Source: a bacterium
GTDB taxonomy: Bacteria > SAR324 > NAC60-12
NCBI GenBank assembly: GCA_965233585.1
Contig: CBDDTI010000747.1
Span: 256,001 to 320,000 of the forward strand
DNA length: 64,000 bases
Direction of reading: 5' to 3'
Both the position numbers and the translations under genes were made by a program. The stretch's first letter is position 1, and every line of letters starts with the position of its first letter. Of the stretch, positions 9,301 through 18,891 are shown one piece after another. The notes beneath the pieces were generated by a model. That model was not told the DNA's origin, did not search any database, and was given only the letters and a program-made list of their open reading frames with translations.

Positions 9301-9921
9301 TTAGCGGTTGGATTTTTTGATGGAGATGAGTCCGCCATTTTTACCGGGGACCGCACCTTTGACAAGAATTAAATGTTCTTGAGGTAGGATTTTGACAATT
9401 TTTAAGCCGAGCGTTGTTTGTTTGGAGTTTCCATAGCGTCCGGGCATCTTTTTACCTTTGAAGACACGTGAAGGCTGGGCGCATTGTCCAATACTTCCTG
9501 TCCCTCTGTGTCCTCTGTGTCCATGACTTGCAGGTTGTCCACCAAAGCCATGCCGTTTCATCACGCCTGAAAACCCACGACCTTTGGTTGTTCCTGTGAC
9601 CGCCACTTTGTCTCCTTCTGCAAAAAGACTGGTATCAAATACTTGTCCGACTTCAATAGCATGAGCATCTTCCACACGGAACTCTTTAAGAAAGCGGCAT
9701 AACTTTTGATCTTTGAAATGCCCTTTGAGTGCCTTGTTGACCTTGCGTTCTGCAATGTCTTCAAACCCCACTTGGACGCTTTCATAGCCTTCTTTTTCTG
9801 TGGTTTTACGTTGCACAACAGTCACAGGACCTGCTTGCAAAACAGTCACAGGAATCACTGTGCCATTTTCTTCAAAAATTTGTGTCATACCAATTTTACG
9901 ACCTAAAAGACCTTGTAACAT
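9301..9921 (-). CDS. rplC: 50S ribosomal protein L3
   Basis: 'GRKIGMTQIF..NG..IPVTV', 'GTTKGRGFSGVMKRHGFGG', 'RVFKGKKMPG', 'KGAVPG'. Confidence 0.98.
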   Translation of the reverse strand: MLQGLLGRKIGMTQIFEENGTVIPVTVLQAGPVTVVQRKTTEKEGYESVQVGFEDIAERKVNKALKGHFKDQKLCRFLKEFRVEDAHAIEVGQVFDTSLFAEGDKVAVTGTTKGRGFSGVMKRHGFGGQPASHGHRGHRGTGSIGQCAQPSRVFKGKKMPGRYGNSKQTTLGLKIVKILPQEHLILVKGAVPGKNGGLISIKKSNR

Positions 9922-9970
9922 AACTGATTTCCTCTAAAAAGTGATGAGAATTTTCAAACCAAAACCCGTC

Positions 9971-10000
9971 AGTCTATCACTAAATTGCTTGTATGTTCAA
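9971..10000 (-). promoter_or_regulatory. Putative rplC promoter
   Basis: TTGAAC, 18-nt spacer, TAGACT with an extended -10 TG (TGATAGACT). Confidence 0.55.
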
Positions 10001-10009
10001 CACTATTTT

Positions 10010-11014
10010 TTACTGACTCATGGTGCGAGTCCAGTCTTTGACCCATTTTTTATTATGTTGAGCGATGTTTTGGTAATTGAGCATCAAACTTTTTTGGGGC
10101 ATGGGAGCAATGCGAAAAGATTCGGGCAGTTCAATTTGTTTTACAGCAGGGTACATCCAGTTGGTGGTAGGAATGACACTTTGAAATGGTTTAGTCAGCA
10201 TAAAGTCAATGAATTGCTGGGCTAATTTCTCGTTTTTTGTGCCTTTGATAATTCCTGCAAATTCAATTTGACGATACAAGCCTTGCTGAAATGACATCGC
10301 CTTGTAACGTTCTGTTTGTTCGTTTTCCAAGTGATACGCAGGGCTTGTCACATAGCTTAACACAATGGGTGCCTCACCTTTCTGAAACATTCCATAAGCA
10401 GAAGACCAGCCATCTGTGACCGTCAGTAAATTGGGAGCAAGCCGACTCCAGTAGTCAAGAAATCCATCTTGACCATACACTTGAATTGTCCAATGGAGCA
10501 AAGACAATCCCGGTGAAGAAGTCTTGGCACTTGGAATCACGATTTTTCCCTTGAATTTAGGGTCTGTTAACTCTTCCAAACTTTTGGGTGGTTCAGGTAA
10601 AGTTTGAGAATCATAGACAAAAGCAATGTATCCAAAGTCATAAGGGGTGATGCGATGTTGTTTGTCTAAAAGTAAATCTTGCCTTAATTTGCCTAAATGT
10701 TTGGACTGGTACGGCTGCCAAATTTGATGCTGAAACGACAATGCCAGCTGACTGTCACTAATTCCAAGCAAAATATCTGCTTTGGGCTTGTTCTTTTCTA
10801 AAATGACACGACTTAACACAGTGCCTGCATCACCGGGAGCAACCACTTTGACTTGACAATCGCATTCCTTTTCAAAATTTTTAAAGACCACAGGACCTGG
10901 TCCCCACTTTGAATTGAATGAATCATAAGTATAAACTACCAAACTTTGTGCAAAGATGGGGGTTGTGCTGATGAAAACAGAAATGCAGGATTTTAAGAAT
11001 TTTTTGAAAGACAT
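10010..11014 (-). CDS. thiB: Thiamine ABC transporter substrate-binding protein
   Basis: 'LVVYTYDSF..WGPGP..FEKEC.C', 'TSSPGL..L.W', 'LSYVTSPAYH', 'IPTTNWMYP'; preceded by a TPP riboswitch. Probable start MSFKK at 11014. Confidence 0.93.
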   Translation of the reverse strand: MSFKKFLKSCISVFISTTPIFAQSLVVYTYDSFNSKWGPGPVVFKNFEKECDCQVKVVAPGDAGTVLSRVILEKNKPKADILLGISDSQLALSFQHQIWQPYQSKHLGKLRQDLLLDKQHRITPYDFGYIAFVYDSQTLPEPPKSLEELTDPKFKGKIVIPSAKTSSPGLSLLHWTIQVYGQDGFLDYWSRLAPNLLTVTDGWSSAYGMFQKGEAPIVLSYVTSPAYHLENEQTERYKAMSFQQGLYRQIEFAGIIKGTKNEKLAQQFIDFMLTKPFQSVIPTTNWMYPAVKQIELPESFRIAPMPQKSLMLNYQNIAQHNKKWVKDWTRTMSQ

Positions 11015-11070
11015 AATTTCTCCTTTTGAAATAAAAAATGACTTCAAAAAATGAGGGGAGGAGAGGCGTC

Positions 11071-11150
11071 AACATTTCCCTTCGCTGGTATGATCCAGAT
11101 CAGGTTCTAAGGGTATCATCTCAGGTGCCATCAGCACCACCCCCAACGTT
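11071..11150 (-). ncRNA. TPP riboswitch (THI element)
   Basis: Minus strand reads GGGGGTGGTGC...GCACCTGAGATGATACCCTTAGAACCTGATCTGGATCATACCAGCGAAGGGAA, the canonical TPP aptamer, upstream of thiB. Confidence 0.95.
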
Positions 11151-11172
11151 TTTTGAAGAAGTGAAGGAAGTC

Positions 11173-11201
11173 AGTCTATCAGTTGCTATGAAAGATAGCA
11201 A
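11173..11201 (-). promoter_or_regulatory. Putative promoter of the TPP-thiB leader
   Basis: TTGCTA, 17-nt spacer, TAGACT (TGATAGACT), located just upstream of the aptamer. Confidence 0.6.
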
Positions 11202-11209
11202 GTCATTTT

Positions 11210-13090
11210 TCATTGAAGCTCAGGTTTTAACACATCAGGAATGCACTGCTTGGAGCCAATCAAAAGGACAGATTTTTTAGCACGAGTCAATGCAGTGTAT
11301 AATGCGTTTCTTGTAAAAATAGGACTCATTTGGTCAGGTAGAATGATGGCAACATGCTCATACTCTGAACCTTGACTTTTATGGACGGTGATGGCATAAG
11401 CAAGCTCCCAACCTGACAATTCTTGCTCTTTGACCAAACGTCCCCCTTCAAATTCAAAATGCAACTCCTCATTTTTTTTGACACAAATCCCTTGGTCGCC
11501 ATTAAAAATACTATGCACATAATCATTTTTTGTGACCATGATTTTAGCACCAACAAGCGACCCCCTCGGTAAATAATGCTTTGCAAATTGCCCATTTAAA
11601 CCTTCTACACCCCATGTGCCTTCGCGATGCAACGTCAAAACTTGTGATGCAAATTGTTCTTTAGGAGATTGCTCAGACCAGAATTTTGCAAACTTCAACA
11701 ATTCATCATGGTTCAAGTCACATTCGTACAATGCCACTCCTTGCCATTGATGTTCAGTCAGTTGTTGAATCTCGTTGATTCCTTCAAACAATTCTTTTGC
11801 ATCTGATGTTTTTTTAGTCTTTGTTTCATTCCACCGACAAGCCAGTTCGTAAACAAACTTACCCTCATCTTCTTGACGATGGCTTTTGACAAGATTTTGT
11901 TGAACAAGCCCTTGAATTGCAGCACTTCCAGAATATGTCACATCTTGAAAAAGGCTTGGGTCAATTTGGCAAAACTGCTTCATCTCTTCTTGACTCAAAC
12001 TACCAGCACGCTGTAAAAGTTGCTCTAACGGTCTACCTGCACCAACGGGGGGAAGTTGGTCTGCATCACCCAGTAAAATGACTCTCGTCCCTTTTTGGCA
12101 AGCGTCTAAAAGCCTTGCCATCATTTCCAAATCAATCATAGAGACTTCGTCAATAATCAAGGTGTCAAATTTTAACGGATTCCATTGATTCTTTAAAAAA
12201 CTTGATTTTTTGACAGAATAACCTAACAAGCGATGCAAAGTGCTGGCAGGTTGCAATTCTGATTGAAGATTTTTATCATCTGCTGTGGGATTTTCAATAG
12301 AATCCAGTGACTGCCTCACTGATTCAAATAGCCTCTGCCCTGCTTTGCCAGTTGGAGTAGCAAGAGCGAACTTTCCAAGTTGTTTCAAACGTTTGAGCAA
12401 CCGCAAAAGATTCACGGCAACGGACGTTTTGCCTGTGCCTGGTCCACCTGTGATGATAGAAACAGGCATCAATAATGTTTGTGCAAGGGCTTGTTTCTGA
12501 TCTTTTGAAAAATCAATTTCTTTTTTGGAACTATGACGTACAGCATGACGTTCCAAAATATCAGACCAGACTTTTTGCACATCTTGCCAGTTTTGCCGAA
12601 TGGTCTGAGAAGCTAGCTTTTGGATAGATTCTTCAATGATTTGCTGATTTCTAAAATCTCGTTGCAAATAAATTTTGTCTGCTTTTAATACCAAAGGTTT
12701 GCCTCGTTCTCCAATCATTTCTTGGAACAAACCTTTTTTCCAATCTCTAAAAAGCAGATTGATTTCTTTTTCTGCATAAGATTTTGCAAATGCTTGAAGC
12801 TGGTCTTGACTTCGTTGAGTTTCCTGATGAATCTCCTGCTGATTTTGAAGAAGATGAGAGTCACAATAAGACTGCAATTCTTTCAAAAGAAGAGTTTGTT
12901 CAAACTCTAAATGAATTTGACCTTGCGAACGTTTGGCATAGAGTAGCAAAAGCAAAGTGCAAAAACTTCTCTCTGCATCTTTTACTTGCATCAACTTTGA
13001 AAGATGATGAGCCTGTTGATAATAAACCTTCTCTACCCCTGCACCATTCCACAGCTTGTCAAACTCTATTTGAGTGCCTAGTTTCTTCAT
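11210..13090 (-). CDS. recD: Exodeoxyribonuclease V alpha subunit RecD (SF1B helicase)
   Basis: 'ITGGPGTGKT', 'TPTGKA', 'TLHRLLG', 'IIDEVSMIDL', 'GDADQLPPV', 'YAITVHKSQGSEY', 'LYTALTRAK'. Confidence 0.92.
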   Translation of the reverse strand: MKKLGTQIEFDKLWNGAGVEKVYYQQAHHLSKLMQVKDAERSFCTLLLLLYAKRSQGQIHLEFEQTLLLKELQSYCDSHLLQNQQEIHQETQRSQDQLQAFAKSYAEKEINLLFRDWKKGLFQEMIGERGKPLVLKADKIYLQRDFRNQQIIEESIQKLASQTIRQNWQDVQKVWSDILERHAVRHSSKKEIDFSKDQKQALAQTLLMPVSIITGGPGTGKTSVAVNLLRLLKRLKQLGKFALATPTGKAGQRLFESVRQSLDSIENPTADDKNLQSELQPASTLHRLLGYSVKKSSFLKNQWNPLKFDTLIIDEVSMIDLEMMARLLDACQKGTRVILLGDADQLPPVGAGRPLEQLLQRAGSLSQEEMKQFCQIDPSLFQDVTYSGSAAIQGLVQQNLVKSHRQEDEGKFVYELACRWNETKTKKTSDAKELFEGINEIQQLTEHQWQGVALYECDLNHDELLKFAKFWSEQSPKEQFASQVLTLHREGTWGVEGLNGQFAKHYLPRGSLVGAKIMVTKNDYVHSIFNGDQGICVKKNEELHFEFEGGRLVKEQELSGWELAYAITVHKSQGSEYEHVAIILPDQMSPIFTRNALYTALTRAKKSVLLIGSKQCIPDVLKPELQ

Positions 13091-13162
13091 TAAATATTGA
13101 TTTTAAAGATAAAATTAAGGACACCTGCGACTTTTTTCAGAGCATCATCAAACGTCCAAAAT

Positions 13163-14035
13163 TTATTTTGTTTTGGGGTCAAAAGCATCACGAAGCCCAT
13201 CTCCGAGATGGTTGAAAGCAAAGATAGTGACCACTAGAAAAACAGAAGGAAAAACGAGCATCCACGGGGCAATCTCCATCATGGCAGTCCCCTCGGCAAT
13301 CAGAATCCCCCAGCTGGTTTCAGGTTCTTGCACTCCTAATCCCAAAAAGCTCAAGAATGATTCAATTAAAATGACTTTAGGAATCGTCAAGGTCATATAA
13401 ACAATGATAGGACCAATCATATTTGGAATGATGTGTCTTCTCAAAATACTCAAATGCCCAACTCCCATCGCTTGAGCAGACATGACAAACTCACGTTTTC
13501 TCAAGACCAATGCTTGCCCCCTGACAATTCTTGCCATGTCAAGCCATTCTACTAGACCCAACGCAAGATAAATCAACACAATAGAGCGTCCAAAAGCAAC
13601 AACCAACAAGATGATGACAAACATAAATGGCATGGCATAAATAATGTCCACAAGTCGCATCATCATTGCATCAGTTTTGCCCCCAACATATCCTGAAATC
13701 GCTCCATAAAGCACACCAACAATGAATGCCACCACTGTTGCAGCAAAAGCAACAGATAAACTGACTCTGCCACCAAAAAGAGTCCTCACAAATAAATCTC
13801 TACCATTTGGATCTGTACCAAAGAAAAGGGATTGTTCCAGAGTTGGAGGGGCTTGCAGATAGTCCCAGAACACAGAGTCTAAGTCATTTGGAGAAAGCCA
13901 AGGACCTAGAATTGAAATGAGGATTAAAAAGATGAGAATGACCCCACTGATGACAGCAGGGCGATTTTTAAGTAAACGTCTGATGGAGGCTTGAGTTAGA
14001 CTTTCACCTGCACGGATTGATAAGTCTTGTCTCAT
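13163..14035 (-). CDS. oppC: Oligopeptide ABC transporter permease OppC
   Basis: 'FGTDPNGRDLFVR', EAA-like loop, 'ESFLSFLGLGVQEP..SWG', 'GDGLRDAFDP'. Confidence 0.93.
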   Translation of the reverse strand: MRQDLSIRAGESLTQASIRRLLKNRPAVISGVILIFLILISILGPWLSPNDLDSVFWDYLQAPPTLEQSLFFGTDPNGRDLFVRTLFGGRVSLSVAFAATVVAFIVGVLYGAISGYVGGKTDAMMMRLVDIIYAMPFMFVIILLVVAFGRSIVLIYLALGLVEWLDMARIVRGQALVLRKREFVMSAQAMGVGHLSILRRHIIPNMIGPIIVYMTLTIPKVILIESFLSFLGLGVQEPETSWGILIAEGTAMMEIAPWMLVFPSVFLVVTIFAFNHLGDGLRDAFDPKTK

Positions 14036-14970
14036 GTCTGGGACACTCTAATTTTAGGGTCAAGCCAACCATAAGCAATGTCAACAATTAAATTGGCAAA
14101 GATGATCAAGGCGCCATAAAAAACAACTGTTCCCATGACCAATGTGTAATCTCTTGCTAATGCCGCTTGAATGAAATAGCGCCCGATGCCCGGCAGAGAA
14201 AAAATTTGTTCAATCACCAGTGAACCTGTGATAATCCCAACGGACGCAGGACCAAGATATGAAACAATCGGTAGCAAAGCAGACCGCATGGCATGCCCCC
14301 AAATGATCATAGATTCTTTCAAACCCTTTGCCCTTGCAGTGATGATGAATTGTGAGCCTAATGTTTCAATCATAGAGGCACGAAACAACCTTGCAAAATT
14401 CCCCATGTATGCCGTTCCCAAAGTCAGGACAGGCAAAAATAGGTCTTGAAAGCCTCCTTCTCCCCAGCCTCCTGCAGGAAACCAGTCATTCCAAACTGCC
14501 AAAACTAAGACAAGGATTGGTGCAAGCACAAAGTTAGGAATGGCGACGCCACTGACAGCAAAGGTCATGGCAAAGTAATCCCAAATGCTATTGCGTCTCA
14601 ATGCTGCAAGAGAACCTGCAAGGATTCCACCAACTAAAGCCACTAAGAGCGACCACAGACCCAGTTTCAAACTGTAGCCAAAACCTTGTGCAATTAATTC
14701 GTTGACTGTGAAGTCTCGGTAATGATAGGAGGGACCAAGGTCTCCTTGTATGACACCAAGCAAATAATCTAGGTATTGCTCAAACAAGGATTTATCAAGG
14801 TTGTAATAGGCTTTTAGATTTTTTTCAATTTCTGGTGGAAGAGACCTTTCTAAATCAAAAGGTCCTCCCGGCGCTTGGCGAATGAGGAAAAATGCCAACG
14901 TGATGATGAGCAACATGGTAGGTACAGCTTGCCCAACGCGGCGAAGGATAAATGACAAATAAGCGTTCAT
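14032..14970 (-). CDS. oppB: Oligopeptide ABC transporter permease OppB
   Basis: 'APGGPFD', 'GDLGPSY', 'TARAKGL', 'IEQIFSLPGIG', 'LDPKIR'. Confidence 0.93.
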   Translation of the reverse strand: MNAYLSFILRRVGQAVPTMLLIITLAFFLIRQAPGGPFDLERSLPPEIEKNLKAYYNLDKSLFEQYLDYLLGVIQGDLGPSYHYRDFTVNELIAQGFGYSLKLGLWSLLVALVGGILAGSLAALRRNSIWDYFAMTFAVSGVAIPNFVLAPILVLVLAVWNDWFPAGGWGEGGFQDLFLPVLTLGTAYMGNFARLFRASMIETLGSQFIITARAKGLKESMIIWGHAMRSALLPIVSYLGPASVGIITGSLVIEQIFSLPGIGRYFIQAALARDYTLVMGTVVFYGALIIFANLIVDIAYGWLDPKIRVSQT

Positions 14971-15018
14971 AACAAGCTATCCCGTTTCATTCACCAAATT
15001 CTGATGATGGCTTAATAG

Positions 15019-16581
15019 TTACTTCAAACTAATCCACCTTGAACGATGAATGTCCATAATGTTATCTTCATAACCTGTAACATTCGGTTTCACCAATGAT
15101 GCAGAAACATAGTAGTAGATTGGAATCGTGGCAAAGTTGCCCAAAACCATTTTTTCTGCTTCTGCCAGTTTGACTGCACGTTGATCCAGATTTGTCATCT
15201 TTTTCGCTTCAGTCATTAAGCCATTAAATTTTGCATTTTTCCAACGTCCGTAGTTGTATTGATTGTCTCCAAACAAATCCAAAAAGGTTGTTGGGTCATT
15301 GTAGTCTCCAATCCACCCTGCACGTGCGACTTCAAACTCTCCATTGGTCAAATCGGCATAATGGACTTTTGCCTCCTGATTAAAGAAAGAAACTTTGACG
15401 TGGATTTGCTTCCACATGCTAGAAATTGCCACAGCCACTTTTTTATGTGCTTCACTGGTGTTGTATTTTAACTCCATTTCAAGCGGTTTAGATTTGGAAT
15501 ACCCGGCTTGTTCCATCAACATCTTCGCACGTTTGAGACGTTCAGATTGAGACATCTTCTTAAATTCAAATTCAGGCACAGAAGAAACATAGTTGTTGAT
15601 TCCAAGAGGAACGTAACTATAAGCGGGGACTTGTCCTTCTCCCAGAATTTTATTTGAAATCACCTCACGGTTGATGGCAAGGTTCAACGCCTCCCTGACA
15701 CGGACATCTTTGATTTTTTGGGTATTGAGTGGGTAATAGTAAGTGCCTAAGTAAGGTGCCACACGGAATTGAGAGCCAAACTCTTGGCGGATTTTCTTTG
15801 CCTGCCCAGAAGGAACTTCTTTGGTAATATGAAGCTCACCTGCACGGTAACGTTTAAACTCAGCATGACGGTCTTCTGTCGGATAATAGTACACCACATC
15901 TAATTTGACATTCTTAGCATCAAAAAATTGAGGGTTACGCATCAGCTTGATATGAGATTGAGGCTCCCATTCTGCAACATTGAATGCACCACTGACCACC
16001 ATTGTCCCAGGCTTTGCCCAAGAGCTTCCATGTTTTTTGACAACATGTTCAGGCACCGCCCAAGACGTGTAATGTGTCAACTGTTCCAAAAAGAACGGAG
16101 TTACTTCTCCCAAGGTGATTCGCAGAGTTTTTGAATCAATCGCCTTGACTCCCAACGTCTCTATATCTTTCGTTCCCTTGTTAATATCCTCTGCATTTTG
16201 AATGGGGTACAAAATGAAGGCATACTTTGCTGCAGTTTCAGGCTTCAAGATACGTTTGAGTGAGAACTCAAAATCATTTGCCGTAATCTTCTTGCCATCA
16301 GACCACTTGGCATCACGAATTTTGAAGGTGTAAGTGCGACCTTCTTTTGAGATTGTCCAGCTTTTTGCAAGACCGGGAATAACTTTCCCTTTGGCATTGT
16401 AAGTCGTTAGTCCCATCATCATGTCACCAATGATGTTGTTCTCCCAAACACCACTGGCAAAGTGGGGGTCAAGGGTTGCGGGTTCTGCACCGTTACCACG
16501 ATGAAGAATCTTTTCTGCCATTGCTGCCGAGAATCCCATCGTCAAGGCAGCACCAACTGCAATCGTTTTTCTCATTTTCAT
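15019..16581 (-). CDS. oppA: Oligopeptide ABC transporter substrate-binding protein OppA
   Basis: Signal peptide, 'GNGAEPATLDP', 'AKWSDGKKITANDF', 'RAGWIGDYNDP'. Confidence 0.92.
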   Translation of the reverse strand: MKMRKTIAVGAALTMGFSAAMAEKILHRGNGAEPATLDPHFASGVWENNIIGDMMMGLTTYNAKGKVIPGLAKSWTISKEGRTYTFKIRDAKWSDGKKITANDFEFSLKRILKPETAAKYAFILYPIQNAEDINKGTKDIETLGVKAIDSKTLRITLGEVTPFFLEQLTHYTSWAVPEHVVKKHGSSWAKPGTMVVSGAFNVAEWEPQSHIKLMRNPQFFDAKNVKLDVVYYYPTEDRHAEFKRYRAGELHITKEVPSGQAKKIRQEFGSQFRVAPYLGTYYYPLNTQKIKDVRVREALNLAINREVISNKILGEGQVPAYSYVPLGINNYVSSVPEFEFKKMSQSERLKRAKMLMEQAGYSKSKPLEMELKYNTSEAHKKVAVAISSMWKQIHVKVSFFNQEAKVHYADLTNGEFEVARAGWIGDYNDPTTFLDLFGDNQYNYGRWKNAKFNGLMTEAKKMTNLDQRAVKLAEAEKMVLGNFATIPIYYYVSASLVKPNVTGYEDNIMDIHRSRWISLK

Positions 16582-16971
16582 AAAAATGAATCTCCTAAAT
16601 TAAGGTGGTTAATTAAAAAGTCAAAAATATAAAACCTCTAACCTGAAATGACAAGAGTTTTTTAACAAATTTTTCACAGAATCTCAAAAAAAGAAGCCTC
16701 ACAAAGTAATCGTGGGGAATCTTTCATACTCTTTTTGACGATGGATTCAGAATTTACGCAGGAACGTCAAAGAAGTATGATGTGGATTTTTGTTTTTAGA
16801 ATAAAAATAAATATAAATTTAAAAAACTATGCTTCACTCACAATGCCAAAGAGGCGAAACATTGACCCTGCCACATGAGCAATTTGGCATCAGTTTAGAG
16901 AAACCTCAAAATCCATGATATGATGGAACTATTCGCTAAGGGTGAACATCTTGATTTTTGTGTCCTACACC

Positions 16972-17913
16972 ATGCCTCAAAGAATTTGTTATCCGTTCTT
17001 TTCTTTTTTGATTCTTTGTTTGTCTCTTTCAGCCAGTTTATTTGCACAAGAAATTGTCTCTTTTGATGTAACACCCGAAGAGACGACTTTGGGTGCGGTT
17101 GTGAAATATGAGGCAACGATAGAGTTTACTGAAGAAGTCAGTTTGTCTGAACCAGAATGGGGGCAGATGACGTGGGCAGAGTTTGAAAGTGTTGAGAATG
17201 GAAAGCCTGTTGACCCTGACCTCTTTCAAAAAATTTGGCACATCAGCAAGATTTTCTATGTTCTTGAAGAAGGTCAGCATCAAATTCCATCATTTGAGTT
17301 GTTGGCAAAATCCCGCACAGGCAAAGAGTTTAGTGCCAAACTGCCTCAAAAACAGCTCACAGTCAAAACTCTCTGGAGTCAGCAAGAACCTCCCCAACTG
17401 AAGCCTTTTAAAGTCATTCCCATTATTGAAGATTCGTCACAAAAACTTTGGTTGACAGGGGGGGCTATTGGCTTGGTAATTTTGCTAATTGCAGTGTTTG
17501 TGTTTTGGAAAAATCGCCAAAAAAGCTCAAACACAGAACCAGTCCGTTCTGCCAGAGACATCTTGCTCCAAAGTCTCAACGCACTACAAGTTGAAGATAC
17601 CCAACAACCCTTAGAACACTCCCAGTATGCCGCAAGACTCTATGGCGTGGTCAAACAAGCACTGGCTGTCAAAACTGCATCGCAAGTGGAATCTATGACC
17701 CAACAGGAAATCAAGGAATTGCTTCCCCGTTTTTTTGATCAAGAACAGATTCAACGGGTTTCAAAAATTCTCAATTTTCTTGAATCCATTCAGTATGCTA
17801 GAATAGACCTCAGCCTTTCAGAAAAAGACCAAATGACTCAACAAACTGCGGAGTGGATTCGTTTATGCACCCAGCCATCAGATGACAACATCAATGCCCC
17901 TCAAACATTATGA
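16972..17913 (+). CDS. BatD-like/Bat-cluster membrane protein
   Basis: Signal peptide, Ig-like beta region, single TM helix and a helical C-terminus. Coupled to the VWA gene, as in MoxR-DUF58-VWA clusters. The ORF begins at 16942. Confidence 0.55.
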   Translation: MPQRICYPFFSFLILCLSLSASLFAQEIVSFDVTPEETTLGAVVKYEATIEFTEEVSLSEPEWGQMTWAEFESVENGKPVDPDLFQKIWHISKIFYVLEEGQHQIPSFELLAKSRTGKEFSAKLPQKQLTVKTLWSQQEPPQLKPFKVIPIIEDSSQKLWLTGGAIGLVILLIAVFVFWKNRQKSSNTEPVRSARDILLQSLNALQVEDTQQPLEHSQYAARLYGVVKQALAVKTASQVESMTQQEIKELLPRFFDQEQIQRVSKILNFLESIQYARIDLSLSEKDQMTQQTAEWIRLCTQPSDDNINAPQTL

Positions 17914-18887
17914 GATTTGAAAGCCCTTGGTTCTTAGTGTTGATTGCTTTGATTCCCTTGCTCAAGTTTCTCCAAATCCAATATTCCAAAACTTCCTATA
18001 TTTTATATTCTAGTACAAAACTCATAGAAGCCCATCAAGTCAGGCAATGGTATCGTTGGCTTCCTTTACGCGAATTGGCTTTGCTTTTTCTCATCTTGGC
18101 ACTGGCTCGCCCACAAAGTGGACGTTCATTGATAGAGGTTGTTTCAGAAGGAGTTGACATCATGCTGGCAGTAGATACTTCAGGCAGTATGCAGGCACTA
18201 GATTTAAAGGTTGATGGGGAACGAGTTACACGTCTTGATGCAGTCAAAGTGGCAGTAGAAGTCTTTATCAACAACCGTACTCATGACAGACTGGGACTAG
18301 CAGTTTTTGGGGAAGAAGCATTCACTCATGCCCCTCTAACCAGAGACCATAACGTTTTAAAAGAGTTGCTCAAACAAGCCTTTATTGGCATGGCAGGTCA
18401 AAAGACAGCGATTGGTTCTGCCATTGTTATTTCTGCTAAAAGGTTAAAAGACCTTGATGCGAAGGAACGCGTCATGATTTTGCTCACAGATGGAGAAAAC
18501 ACAGCAGGTCAGGTGACTCCGTTACAAGCGGCAAAAGCGGCAAAAGAATTGGGAATACGGATTTACACGATTGGAATTGGTTCAGAAGGCAGGGCGCCTA
18601 TCAAAGTCCCGGGCTTATTTGGTGAAGAAATACGTTACGTCAACGTCCGTCTTGATGAAAAATTATTGTATGACATCGCCCAAGAAACAGGGGGGCAGTA
18701 CTTCCGTGTCAACAGCACAGAGGAGCTTAACAAGGTGTATCTTGCCATTGATGAGCTTGAAAAAACAGAAGCTAAAACCCGAGAATATCACGAATATCAA
18801 GAGCAATTTCATGTCTTTTTATGGGTTGCACTAGCTTTTTTTGTCTTGGAAGTCTTACTTGTTCTGTATCGCAGAAAAATTTATTGA
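17910..18887 (+). CDS. BatA-like VWA-domain protein
   Basis: 'MRFESPWFL', 'ALARPQ', MIDAS 'DTSGSM', 'LLTDGEN', 'IYTIGIG'. Confidence 0.9.
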   Translation: MRFESPWFLVLIALIPLLKFLQIQYSKTSYILYSSTKLIEAHQVRQWYRWLPLRELALLFLILALARPQSGRSLIEVVSEGVDIMLAVDTSGSMQALDLKVDGERVTRLDAVKVAVEVFINNRTHDRLGLAVFGEEAFTHAPLTRDHNVLKELLKQAFIGMAGQKTAIGSAIVISAKRLKDLDAKERVMILLTDGENTAGQVTPLQAAKAAKELGIRIYTIGIGSEGRAPIKVPGLFGEEIRYVNVRLDEKLLYDIAQETGGQYFRVNSTEELNKVYLAIDELEKTEAKTREYHEYQEQFHVFLWVALAFFVLEVLLVLYRRKIY

Positions 18888-18891
18888 TCCT

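Noticed and set aside
9301..11150. rplC under TPP-riboswitch control via thiB read-through
   Set aside because: A separate promoter-like element lies at 9971-10000; read-through is not excluded but is not needed.
16724..16779. Imperfect inverted repeat in the oppA/Bat divergent intergenic region
   Set aside because: Single AT-rich imperfect hairpin with no recognisable motif; too weak to call.
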